Source: Candidatus Latescibacterota bacterium (GTDB lineage: Bacteria; Latescibacterota; UBA2968). Taken from it: a stretch of 34,516 bases of DNA. The translations under genes were made by a program, and so were the position numbers. The notes under the pieces were generated by a model. That model was not told the origin of the DNA. It saw nothing but the letters and a program-made list of their open reading frames with translations, and ran no database searches. Where the stretch lies: positions 9,735 through 44,250 of the forward strand of contig JAYODI010000047.1 of NCBI GenBank assembly GCA_038279365.1, read 5' to 3'. The first letter of the stretch is position 1; the number at the start of each line of letters is the position of its first letter. Shown piece by piece: positions 8,326-17,941 of the stretch.

Positions 8326-9825
8326 TTAAGCCATACGTTCTTCATGTGCAATGGCCATTTTTGCCACTGTATCACGTAATTCTGCCAACTTCCCAAAAGG
8401 CTTGGTTATCACGCCATCAAACCAAGCCAAACGATCGTCATCTGGGTCTAAATGCCACCCAGTTACCAACAAAGTCATAACGTCTGCATTTTTCTTTTTA
8501 ATTTCCTTGGCCACCTGATCACCCGGCATATAAGGCATACCCAAATCTATCAATACCAAATCATAAGGCATCTTTTTAAACAATGTCAAACCATCTTCAC
8601 CGCTCAATGCCACATCAACATCGTGATGCACCTGCAATGCATTTTGAATAATGCGCAAAACAACATCTTCATCGTCGATAACCAACACACGCTTTCGAGG
8701 TACCACATCTGGCACGACCACATCCAGCTTTTTAGAAACAATATCCTCTTCCCAAATGGGCAAGCTCAACGTAAATGTACTTCCCACACCCAACTGACTT
8801 TTTACCCCTACCGTCGCTCCCCATCGACGCAATGTTCCGCGAACCATAGACAACCCCAAACCACTGCCCACATCCATCTTTGTTGTAAAAAAAGGATCAA
8901 ACACACGGGCAAGTACTTTGTCATCCATCCCCATACCCGTATCTTCCACCGATAATATCACCTTTTGATCTTGACATAAAGTTTTAAAATAAATGGTGCC
9001 CCCTTCAGGCATCGCTTCAATGGCATTAAAGATTAAATTGATTAAAACATTGCGCAATTCACCTTCATTTGCTGAAACCGCAGGCGTTTCTGCCAAATCG
9101 GTTTGAACAACAATGGCAATCCCTTTCGATTCAGCTTCATCTTTCCAACGCGGCCGCGTTGTATCAATCGCCGACAAAATAGCCATCTTAATACAGGTTT
9201 TACCAATATCATCCAACGAATCCGTTGCCACCGACAAATGCAGTCGCTCCACCACTTCTGCCATACGCAATGAAGACTTGACGATCATATCCAAATAGAT
9301 ATTATTTTTTTCTTGATCATTAGAACATTGCATCAACTCTGCTGGCCCTAAAATGCCCGTCAACAAATTGTTCATGTTGTGGCTCACACCCGCCGACAAT
9401 TCCGACAAAGCCCGCAAACGCTCCAACCTGACCAATTCTTTTTCGGCCTGTTTGCGCTCATACATTTCTTGTTGCAACAACTTATTGGTTTCTGCCAACT
9501 CAGCCGTGCGCAATTGCACATGCTGTTCCAAATCCAAATGAGCAACTTCTAATGCGGCATGGGTTTTGACCAGTGTCCGTCCACGCGAAATCAATCTTTG
9601 GGTCGAAAAAGCAATAAGCGCCCCCAATATCACACCCCCCCAAAACCAAGCCTGTTGCCAAATGGGCACCATCTTTCCCAAAATCGAAATCTCGCTGTTC
9701 TCGGCGGCCCAAACCCCACTCACACCCGCCCACAACATACCAGCACATCCCCCCACCCCTATTGCCAAACGAAATAGGGTGCAGGATACGTGTTGTGTTT
9801 TAAAATATGTCAAGAGATCACTCAT
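8326..9825 (-). CDS. Membrane-anchored hybrid histidine kinase (TM-HisKA-HATPase-REC)
   Basis: H-box AGVSHNMNNLL, NLIFNAIEAM, DTGMGM, FDPFFTTK, GSGLGL; C-terminal receiver VIDDE...DLGMP...KP; start approximate. Confidence 0.88.
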   Translation of the reverse strand: MSDLLTYFKTQHVSCTLFRLAIGVGGCAGMLWAGVSGVWAAENSEISILGKMVPIWQQAWFWGGVILGALIAFSTQRLISRGRTLVKTHAALEVAHLDLEQHVQLRTAELAETNKLLQQEMYERKQAEKELVRLERLRALSELSAGVSHNMNNLLTGILGPAELMQCSNDQEKNNIYLDMIVKSSLRMAEVVERLHLSVATDSLDDIGKTCIKMAILSAIDTTRPRWKDEAESKGIAIVVQTDLAETPAVSANEGELRNVLINLIFNAIEAMPEGGTIYFKTLCQDQKVILSVEDTGMGMDDKVLARVFDPFFTTKMDVGSGLGLSMVRGTLRRWGATVGVKSQLGVGSTFTLSLPIWEEDIVSKKLDVVVPDVVPRKRVLVIDDEDVVLRIIQNALQVHHDVDVALSGEDGLTLFKKMPYDLVLIDLGMPYMPGDQVAKEIKKKNADVMTLLVTGWHLDPDDDRLAWFDGVITKPFGKLAELRDTVAKMAIAHEERMA

Positions 9826-9850
9826 ATAAACCAAACATACAAAATAAAAA

Positions 9851-10180
9851 CTATACAATTTTCGCCAATGCATCAGACACAGTTTCAATTTCATGTTTCA
9901 ACAAAGAAAATACATCAACAGCGCCATCCAATTCATTATTTTTGCCCATTTGCTCAAGTTGAAATGCCGTCTTTACGGCATCCTCAACGCCAAAATTAGC
10001 AACAGACCCCTTCAAGGAATGAGCCGCACGATGCAATGCCGAACCATCTCCTGCTTCAACAGCCACACGTATCGCTTCCAATAACTGAGGGGCTTCTGCT
10101 ACAAACAAATCTGCAATTTCTTTCAACAATTCCTCGTCGCCCCCAACGCGCTCCAATGCGACACTCAAATCAAAACCCAT
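9851..10180 (-). CDS. Stand-alone Hpt (histidine phosphotransfer) protein
   Basis: ALERVGGDEELL and AHSLKGS motifs, 109 aa. Confidence 0.9.
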   Translation of the reverse strand: MGFDLSVALERVGGDEELLKEIADLFVAEAPQLLEAIRVAVEAGDGSALHRAAHSLKGSVANFGVEDAVKTAFQLEQMGKNNELDGAVDVFSLLKHEIETVSDALAKIV

Positions 10181-10213
10181 TCAAAACCTCCACACACACT
10201 TTAAAGTGCTTTT

Positions 10214-11389
10214 TTAGAATGTAACGACTTCTCTGCCCATTATTTTGTCTTCATCCAACACCAAACCCAAACCTGGTAAATGAGGCAAAACAACACTGCC
10301 ATTTTCTGGGCGATATATAGGCTTGTGAAAAACCTGCTTGCTCTCTTGGCCTCGAATGAGAAACTCAACCCGAGGCACAGCAGATGGCGATTGCGCCCCA
10401 GCCACATGCAAGGCCGGCAACAAAGAGTGGCCATGGGCAACTACTGGAATATCAAACGAAGAGGCCAAGGCACAAATTTTTACCAACTCTGAAATACCAC
10501 CCGTCCAATCAGGGTCATTTTGAAGCACGTCAACAGCCCCTTGCACCAACAACTCTTTTGTTTGCCAACGAGCATAAACGTGTTCACCCGTTGCAATAGG
10601 CACAGAAGATGCAGCACGAATATGACAAAATGCGCCCACATGTTCTGGGGGAACAGGCTCTTCCATCCACGTAGGTTTTAAGGGTTCTAAACGGGTTACC
10701 ATATCTATGGCATAAGCCTGATCCCACCCCATAAATGCATCAAACATAAGGGCATAATCATCCCCCACTGCTTGGCGTACGGCCTGAGCCATTGCCATAT
10801 TTTTATGCTTGCCCACCTCCCCATCCCCAGGGCCGTACCGAAAAAACCACTTTTGTGCCGTAAACCCTTTTTCTTTATAAACCAAAGCTGTTTGGGCTGC
10901 CAGTTCGGGTTCTATCGAAAAACCAAGCATACTGGCATAAGCCGGAACCGCATCACGCGTGGGCCCACCCAACAACCGATAAACAGGTTGGTTCCAAGCC
11001 TTGCCTTTTAAATCCCACAAGGCACAGTCAATGGGGCTAATGCCAGTCATAAACACCCCAGAGCGTCCATGGCGATCCAAACGCAACATTTGATCAAACA
11101 AAGCTTCTGTTGCCAAAGGATCACGCCCAATTAAAAATGGCTTTAATGCCGTGTCTATCACAAAGGCTTGTTGTTTTTGGATGGGGCCAAAAAGACCCGA
11201 AATCCCCTCATCAGTATCTATTTGCACATACAAAGCCTGTATGTTACGCAGCCCACCGCTACCACCTTGTGGGTCTGTATTAAATTCAGGGTAAATATCC
11301 AACTGTTTTGCCTGACGACTCCCAGGGGGAAACCCACCGCCATCCCAAGTACCTGAAACCCGAAATATTTTCACATCACAAATCTTCAT
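10214..11389 (-). CDS. Mandelate racemase/muconate lactonizing enzyme family (sugar-acid dehydratase, rhamnonate dehydratase-like)
   Basis: IDCALWDLKGK, PVYRLLGG, PAYAS, LMFDA, WMEEP, IATGEH, PGLG. Confidence 0.88.
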   Translation of the reverse strand: MKICDVKIFRVSGTWDGGGFPPGSRQAKQLDIYPEFNTDPQGGSGGLRNIQALYVQIDTDEGISGLFGPIQKQQAFVIDTALKPFLIGRDPLATEALFDQMLRLDRHGRSGVFMTGISPIDCALWDLKGKAWNQPVYRLLGGPTRDAVPAYASMLGFSIEPELAAQTALVYKEKGFTAQKWFFRYGPGDGEVGKHKNMAMAQAVRQAVGDDYALMFDAFMGWDQAYAIDMVTRLEPLKPTWMEEPVPPEHVGAFCHIRAASSVPIATGEHVYARWQTKELLVQGAVDVLQNDPDWTGGISELVKICALASSFDIPVVAHGHSLLPALHVAGAQSPSAVPRVEFLIRGQESKQVFHKPIYRPENGSVVLPHLPGLGLVLDEDKIMGREVVTF

Positions 11390-11430
11390 CCGTCATCCTT
11401 TGTAAAAAACAAACCGCACAGGGTATTTAT

Positions 11431-14292
11431 TTAAAACCGTACAGAAACACCACCAGAAATCAACCGACCAATTTCAGGTGCCCCAATAAAGGCCCGATAC
11501 TTTTTGTTGAGGGCATTGCTGACATCGGCATGAAAAGTAATTTGGATTGCACCATTCATAGGCAAGTCATAGGCGGCATGTGTATCCAATACCGTATAAC
11601 TGTCAACCAAGCCCACATACACACCCGAGTCCATTGGAAAACCATCGCGATAACGCACACGGCCTTCTAAGCGCAAACCCATATTGGGAAATGCATAGTT
11701 GACCGACACATTGCCCTTGTGTTTGGGTGCATTGAGTGCAATATCCGCAATGCCATCTAAGTTCTGAAACAAATCTTCACTCACATAAGAATAGTTACCC
11801 GTAATTGTCCAGGACTTATTGGGATAGTATGCAAAACTCGCATCGGCACCATAATACGTCACCTTACCAAAGTTGCGATAGGTCAACATCACAGCGGCTG
11901 GGTCAACGGCTTCTTCTGGCGAAATGGTACCAAATGGAATACGTGCCGCATTTGAAACAAATGCCCCCGTCAATTCATCCACTGCCGAACCATTGCCATT
12001 GCCCCCCAATGAGGGGGCATCCAATGCCAATACCGCCTGAGCCAACTGTGCATTGGCTGGATCAGCCAAATTTTGAGCCAAGGCTGTGCCAAATGCCGAG
12101 GTCAAAGATGCCGGTGCCAAAAACACATTGGGTGTTTCAATGCGCAATGGGCCAACAAAGTCTTTTTTCTGCGAACGATACACATCGGCGGCAAATACCC
12201 ACTTATCGTTGACAATGCCTTTGTAACCAACCTCAAAAGTTTCTGTAATGGTTGGCTTGATTTTGGCCACATCGGTAACGGAGTTTTGCAAATCGGTGGT
12301 AAAATCAAATCCACTGGTTTGCAAATTGAGGTGCCCCACGGCATTTTGTAACCCCGGCAATACCGATGGAATGATGCTCGGAAAAGCGGCTGCCAATTGT
12401 GCGGCTTGTGCCGCTGCTAAGGTGGGTGCCTGATCTGCTGGCACACCTGCTGCAATCATTTGTTGCGCAATGGCACCCGTAGCAACTTGTTGCAACTGAG
12501 GGGTCAGTTGTGCCAACACCGCACCACGAGCCACCCCCCACATCACATTGGTAAATTGTGGGTCGTGTAAGGCTACATATTGCGAAGTTTCAAGCCCACC
12601 CACTGGCGCAAACGGTGAACGAAACATGGGCAAACCATTTGTGTCGCGTCTAAATGTAAACCCTGTGGTGGTGCCTTGTGTGCGCACATCTATAGCAGGG
12701 TTATACCCCAACGCAGGGGCAAAACTGGCACCAATGCCAAATGCATCAGGATTTGCCTTGAGATCCAAAAACAAATTATTACTCGAAGGAGTATCAAATG
12801 CACGGTTATAGGTCAAACGAAGGGTATGCAAATCTTCGGGTTTAAAAACAAGGGCTGCCCGAGGTGACCAAACTGGGTTTTCAAGATATTTGTGATCGTC
12901 AATACGACCAGCCAATATCACATCCCATTGATCTGACAGCTTCGTTTCACTTTGCACATAAAACCCATATTCATCAATGCCATCTGTTGTTTCATGCACA
13001 CCATTAATTGTACCTTCTGTATTGGGGCGCGTAAATTGCGCATCCACACCATACGTAAATGATTGCCGCAAACCCAATTCAACCGCATGCTGGAGTTGAA
13101 ACACCGTCAGGGTAGATTTGTCTACAATCGGGTTGCCAGAACGCAACAAGGTGGTATTTCCTGCATCGCTTTTATTGTGAAATACCTGTCCAAACCACCC
13201 CTTGTATAAAACACGCCCTTGAAAAAATTGATACGTCCAATCATCGGCTTGCCCAGCCCCCAAACCTGTCATATCAATATTATCCGCACTGTTGTATCCG
13301 GCCGAAAAAATAGCTGTTAAATTATCTGTTGGACGAAAATCCAAACGCAGTTCACCCAATTTGCGTTCTTGATCATAAACACGCGGGTTAAAGCCACGGG
13401 CTCTCAACTCTTCAGGATCTTCATATTTCCAATCGGTAGCCGCATAATATTGTCCCGAAATTTTATACGCCACCTTGTCACTCAAACGCCCAGCCTGACG
13501 CACCGTAACTTGGCGCATGCTGCGCTCGCCCCCTTTTGCCTGAACGGTTGTTCCTTCCGATTCAAATGGAGACTTTGTCAGAATATGCATCACACCATTT
13601 GCACTATTTGGGCCATACAAGGCCGCTCCCGGCCCCAGCACCAACTCAATGCGCTCAATATCCTCATCTGTGATGGGAATAAAGTTACTGGCATTTAAAC
13701 GCAGTGAAGGCACACTGGAGATACGGTTGTCTACCAACGTCAACATAGCCCCAGAAAAAACATTGTTAAAACCACGCACAACCGTATTGCTTTGCGACAT
13801 GCCCGTAGGTGAAAAATCAACGCCAGGCAACCCCTTTACCAACTCAGAGACACTCGTTGCGGTTCGATCTTGAATATCACTCGACTCTAAAACAGACACC
13901 GAAGCCGGTGCATCAATAACCTTCTCGCGTCGTCGAGAGGCAGACACAACAATTTGACCTTGCATAAAAGCTTCAGCTTCTAAAGAAAAGTTTGCCTTCG
14001 ACACAATGCCCGTGCTGATTTTTACCCCAATTTTTGTTTGTGCTTTGTATCCAACAAAAGAAACTGTTATATCATAAACACCTGCCGGGAGAGCCGAAAC
14101 TTTATAATACCCGTCACCATCGGCGGTCATACCACGCCGAATATTTAATGATGGACTGGTAATAAACACATTGGCACCGGCCAATGGTTCACCATTGGCC
14201 TCACGCACAACACCTTCAACAGTGCCTTCATTTTGCGCCCAAGCCGATCCAGACAAAAACACAACCACAACAAAAAACAATATGTTACGCAT
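11431..14292 (-). CDS. TonB-dependent receptor with N-terminal carboxypeptidase-regulatory-like domain
   Basis: Signal peptide, EPLAGANV, IVVSASR TonB-box region, IERIELVLGPGAALYG, C-terminal GRLISGGVSVRF; start at ATG 14292 behind GGAGGA. Confidence 0.92.
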   Translation of the reverse strand: MRNILFFVVVVFLSGSAWAQNEGTVEGVVREANGEPLAGANVFITSPSLNIRRGMTADGDGYYKVSALPAGVYDITVSFVGYKAQTKIGVKISTGIVSKANFSLEAEAFMQGQIVVSASRRREKVIDAPASVSVLESSDIQDRTATSVSELVKGLPGVDFSPTGMSQSNTVVRGFNNVFSGAMLTLVDNRISSVPSLRLNASNFIPITDEDIERIELVLGPGAALYGPNSANGVMHILTKSPFESEGTTVQAKGGERSMRQVTVRQAGRLSDKVAYKISGQYYAATDWKYEDPEELRARGFNPRVYDQERKLGELRLDFRPTDNLTAIFSAGYNSADNIDMTGLGAGQADDWTYQFFQGRVLYKGWFGQVFHNKSDAGNTTLLRSGNPIVDKSTLTVFQLQHAVELGLRQSFTYGVDAQFTRPNTEGTINGVHETTDGIDEYGFYVQSETKLSDQWDVILAGRIDDHKYLENPVWSPRAALVFKPEDLHTLRLTYNRAFDTPSSNNLFLDLKANPDAFGIGASFAPALGYNPAIDVRTQGTTTGFTFRRDTNGLPMFRSPFAPVGGLETSQYVALHDPQFTNVMWGVARGAVLAQLTPQLQQVATGAIAQQMIAAGVPADQAPTLAAAQAAQLAAAFPSIIPSVLPGLQNAVGHLNLQTSGFDFTTDLQNSVTDVAKIKPTITETFEVGYKGIVNDKWVFAADVYRSQKKDFVGPLRIETPNVFLAPASLTSAFGTALAQNLADPANAQLAQAVLALDAPSLGGNGNGSAVDELTGAFVSNAARIPFGTISPEEAVDPAAVMLTYRNFGKVTYYGADASFAYYPNKSWTITGNYSYVSEDLFQNLDGIADIALNAPKHKGNVSVNYAFPNMGLRLEGRVRYRDGFPMDSGVYVGLVDSYTVLDTHAAYDLPMNGAIQITFHADVSNALNKKYRAFIGAPEIGRLISGGVSVRF

Positions 14293-14446
14293 ACAATCCT
14301 CCCATTTATATCGCAACCGATAAAAATCAACATCAACTGATGTTATTCAAGGTTGGTGCCCTCGTTATTTTTTATACGGCATAAAATTCAATCTATAAAA
14401 GACTGCGCTTAATGAAGCTAATCATAAAATAAATGAAAGTCATGCA

Positions 14447-14484
14447 CAAAAATACCCGAAGGTATCCAATACACCTTCGGGTAT
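14447..14484 (-). terminator. Intrinsic terminator of the kinase/receiver/FapA-like operon
   Basis: ATACCCGAAGGT / ACCTTCGGGTAT inverted repeat with a T run on the minus strand. Confidence 0.7.
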
Positions 14485-14505
14485 CTTACTTATTTATACA
14501 AAATA

Positions 14506-15675
14506 TCACGCCCCCACAACATCTCTCAGCCTTAGAGGACACCAAATCATATTGCCATCTAACACAGATATTTTACAATTTTCCAAAATATCGATATCTC
14601 CAGTTTGGCAAGTCTCAATACCCAAAGTGCTCACACACTTTACGTCTATGCCACCTGTTTGTGATACCTTACCTTGCAAACGAGCCATATCACCACTGAT
14701 CATAACTTGCCCATTGTCAGAAACGGTTACTTCAGGTATCGTCACAGACACATTTAATTCCGGTTTGCATCTGCCCCCGACATATATCCCTGCCACACGA
14801 CCATTCAAAACCTGAATTGCGTCATCTACCCATTGATTTAAAATCGTACATTGTTGCGTTTGCTTATCAAATTTACGTGTTAAAAAAAACAAATCGTGCA
14901 CATCTCTCACAATGCCCTTAAAAATCTCTTGGCGGTGTCGGTTTTTGCCCACCAAAAAATGTTGATTGGCACGTGTCAACAAACCCACAATGGCTTTTGC
15001 AAAAAACTCTCGCAATGCTTTGTCCATATCCTGTTCTTGTCGGTTAGACAACGATTCGTAAATAGGTTGCAAATTAATCACCAAGCGATTGCGTTTGGCC
15101 TGTAAGATACGTCCCACATTCGATGCCAAAATCACACGTGTGTTTTTAAACATTTTATCAACGCGTTTCTCTTCCATTCGCAATTTGCGCTCTGTTGCAT
15201 CACGCTCCCACTGTGCATCTGCCAAACCTTTTTTTAAATAATCTATTTTTTTACGCGCCAAATCATATTCACCCACCCGCACGCGTGCATCTGTCAAATC
15301 GCCACCAACTTCAAAGCCCAAACGGGCATTCACCTGTACATCTGAAGCATCGGTGCCCACATACACAGTGTTTGCATCCAACACCGCATGAGAAACCGCC
15401 CCCTTGACCACCACATCACCATCCACTTCAATACGAATAGGCATACGGCTGTTGCCCAAAAGAGAGCCGTTGATCACCACATTGCCTATCCCACGCACAA
15501 CACTCCCTGGCCCACCATCGCCCAAAACCATGAGTGTTCCTTCATATAAGTCAAGTGGGCCTTCGGTAAACAATAATTCATCGCGCCGAAAAATGGGTGT
15601 CACTTGCTCCAATTCACTGGAAACATCTTCAATTTTAAATTGACCTAACATAGCCCCCACCAAAGACTCGCGCAT
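14506..15675 (-). CDS. FapA/DUF342-like protein (beta-solenoid plus coiled coil)
   Basis: GNVVINGS...IEVDGDVVVKGAV...TVYVG repeats, ARVRVG followed by a long coiled coil, then IYVGG-x-KPELNVSV; start uncertain (15675 or 15681). Confidence 0.55.
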   Translation of the reverse strand: MRESLVGAMLGQFKIEDVSSELEQVTPIFRRDELLFTEGPLDLYEGTLMVLGDGGPGSVVRGIGNVVINGSLLGNSRMPIRIEVDGDVVVKGAVSHAVLDANTVYVGTDASDVQVNARLGFEVGGDLTDARVRVGEYDLARKKIDYLKKGLADAQWERDATERKLRMEEKRVDKMFKNTRVILASNVGRILQAKRNRLVINLQPIYESLSNRQEQDMDKALREFFAKAIVGLLTRANQHFLVGKNRHRQEIFKGIVRDVHDLFFLTRKFDKQTQQCTILNQWVDDAIQVLNGRVAGIYVGGRCKPELNVSVTIPEVTVSDNGQVMISGDMARLQGKVSQTGGIDVKCVSTLGIETCQTGDIDILENCKISVLDGNMIWCPLRLRDVVGA

Positions 15676-15705
15676 AATCAACGCGCAAAAGGTCTAAAAA
15701 CACAC

Positions 15706-16116
15706 CTACCGAACCTGCAAATGCGCCCGCCCCATGCGTTGCACTTTGCCTAAGTATTCTCCCATTTGATGTGCAGAATCAACCAAATCAAAAAAAGCAT
15801 CCAAAGCCACAGGTTTATCCAACAACATATCGGCACACCCCGCCAAACCATCGATCACTTCATCTGGAATATGCCCCGATATAATTGCGATTACAGCATG
15901 AGGACACATATTGCGCATCAAAGGCAATATTTCCAAACCACTTGCCCCAGGCATTTGAATATCGAGTGTAATCAGTTGATAATCGCGTAAGACCACCTCT
16001 TCTAAAGCGGCTTCAGCAGACCTGGCCGAATAGACCTCTTGGTGCCCACGTGCAACAACAGCTTGTGTTAAAAATTGAATCAGAGCCAGATCGTCATCTA
16101 CTATAAGTGTATTCAT
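15706..16116 (-). CDS. Single-domain response regulator
   Basis: LIVDDD, LDIQMPG, SG, DKPV; ATG at 16116 behind GAGGAG. Confidence 0.88.
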   Translation of the reverse strand: MNTLIVDDDLALIQFLTQAVVARGHQEVYSARSAEAALEEVVLRDYQLITLDIQMPGASGLEILPLMRNMCPHAVIAIISGHIPDEVIDGLAGCADMLLDKPVALDAFFDLVDSAHQMGEYLGKVQRMGRAHLQVR

Positions 16117-16141
16117 AAACAACTCCTCAAAAGGTCTGCCT

Positions 16142-17653
16142 TTACGCACTGATTGGGATTGTTTGTGGCACAGCCACTTTTGCATCGTAAATAGGAAATT
16201 GCAATTGAAAAATTGTACCAACACCTTCTTCACTATCTACCTGAATATGTGCATGGTGACGCTTCAGCATAGCGCGCACAATTGCCAACCCCAACCCCGT
16301 TCCTTTTCCTTCTGGTTTGGTCGTATAAAAGGGTTGGAAAATTTCTTCTATCTTCGACTCGGGAATGCCATGACCAGTATCTTGAATGGTGACACAAATC
16401 TTACGCTTACTTCGCCGAACACCAATGGTTAATTCTTTCTTAGGTGACGCCTCCATGGCTTGCACAGCATTCACAATCAAATTTCGCACAACTTGCTCTA
16501 TTTGAGATGGGTCACCAAAGATGGGCGCCGTATCAGATAAGTAATTGCGTTTTACCACACAAAATTTCACCACACCCAAAGGTTGCAATGTATCCAATAA
16601 CTGCTCAATCAATTCAATAACATTTATCACTTCTTGGCGTCTCTTTTCGGGTTTACCCAAATTGGTCATTTGGCGAACCATATATAACAATTGCTCAGTT
16701 GCTGGCAATATGCGATTTATGGTCTCACGCGCCTGTTGAATATTGCCCTGTTCAAGCCAAGTTTGCGCCAATTCAGCATTTCCAGAAACCAATTGCAAAG
16801 GCGTCTTAAATTCATGTGCAATACGGGGTGCCATTTGCCCCAACATAGACAACCGCTCTGCCTGAAACAGCTGTGATTCCAACAACTCACGTTCGCTTTG
16901 GTCTTCGAGTACATACAAATGTGCAATTTCTTCTGCTTGGTCATTCACAATATCTTTTTTATGTACCAATACCGGAAACTCTGTGCCATCTTGACGAACA
17001 TGCGTTGTGTACCCCGTCTCAGACATCTCACCAAAAACACGAGTGACCGAACGCCCCAATATCTCAGTACATTTATACCCATACATATTTTCGGCCATAT
17101 CATTAAATGTGAGTACCACCGATTCTCTGTCTGTTGAAATCACACCAAAAGGAGCCGCATCAATCAAATGATTCAGATACTTTTCCGTTTGTGACAGTTT
17201 TTCATCTTGTTCAAGCAACTGTTTTTGAAGCACCGAACGCGTTTGCATTAAATCGCCAATCAGCATGCGATTTTCAACAATGCGTTCTCGTGTATCCAAT
17301 GCATGAACAATATGATTTGTGAGTTCTTCCAATGTAAATGGCTTCATCAAAAAATCACTGACGCCACAAGCCAAGGCACGTACTGCCGTTTCTTGGTCAC
17401 GCATTGCAGTAATCACAACAGGCACAACAGTGGCATCACGCAAACGAATTTGACGCAACATTTCTAGGCCGTCCATATCTTCCATCTTGACATCAGTCAA
17501 AATCAAATCAAAAACATCTTCCTCAAACAATGCCAACCCTTCTTCACCAGAAGAGGCCAATACCACATCATGCCCTTGTAATGTCAAAGCCTCTTTCACA
17601 AAATTTCGAATAAACTTTTCATCATCAACAACCAAAATTTTCGCACCATACAT
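16142..17653 (-). CDS. Cytoplasmic hybrid kinase (REC-PAS-HisKA-HATPase)
   Basis: ILVVDDE...TDVKM...KPF; PAS FNDMAENMYGY...RQDGTEFPV; AHEFKTPL; NLIVNAVQAM; PFYTTK; GTGLGL. Confidence 0.9.
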   Translation of the reverse strand: MYGAKILVVDDEKFIRNFVKEALTLQGHDVVLASSGEEGLALFEEDVFDLILTDVKMEDMDGLEMLRQIRLRDATVVPVVITAMRDQETAVRALACGVSDFLMKPFTLEELTNHIVHALDTRERIVENRMLIGDLMQTRSVLQKQLLEQDEKLSQTEKYLNHLIDAAPFGVISTDRESVVLTFNDMAENMYGYKCTEILGRSVTRVFGEMSETGYTTHVRQDGTEFPVLVHKKDIVNDQAEEIAHLYVLEDQSERELLESQLFQAERLSMLGQMAPRIAHEFKTPLQLVSGNAELAQTWLEQGNIQQARETINRILPATEQLLYMVRQMTNLGKPEKRRQEVINVIELIEQLLDTLQPLGVVKFCVVKRNYLSDTAPIFGDPSQIEQVVRNLIVNAVQAMEASPKKELTIGVRRSKRKICVTIQDTGHGIPESKIEEIFQPFYTTKPEGKGTGLGLAIVRAMLKRHHAHIQVDSEEGVGTIFQLQFPIYDAKVAVPQTIPISA

Positions 17654-17706
17654 AACACGGCCCCCGAAATCCATATGGTTTCTCTTTTGCATTTTCCAAC
17701 AAGCAA

Positions 17707-17722
17707 TGCAACAATTATGCCA
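17707..17722 (-). promoter_or_regulatory. sigma54 (-24/-12) promoter
   Basis: Minus strand reads TGGCATAATTGTTGCA = GG-N10-GC, near consensus TGGCAC-N5-TTGCW, about 55 bp upstream of the kinase. Confidence 0.75.
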
Positions 17723-17857
17723 TATCAGAGCGAAACGGATAATATACGAATAGACAATAAGTTATATAGATCCGCCTTCGCAATCGCAGTGAGCAATATG
17801 TCGAAATCACCCATTTGACGAAATGCAATTTCGTTATTTGACCAATCTGCCAGCTAC

Positions 17858-17896
17858 AAAAAGAACCACATCATGAACAATGAGTGGTTCTTTTTT
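17858..17896. terminator. Hairpin terminator downstream of the CheB-fusion gene
   Basis: AAAAAGAACCAC..TCAT / ATGA..GTGGTTCTTTTT inverted repeat. Confidence 0.7.
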
Positions 17897-17941
17897 ATTT
17901 GCAAACAATACCATACAAATATGTTTTCGTGCATTCAGCCC

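Noticed and set aside
14293-14446. Cobalamin or TPP riboswitch upstream of the TonB receptor
   Set aside because: Only a short AACATCA/TGATGTT hairpin; no recognisable riboswitch core motifs
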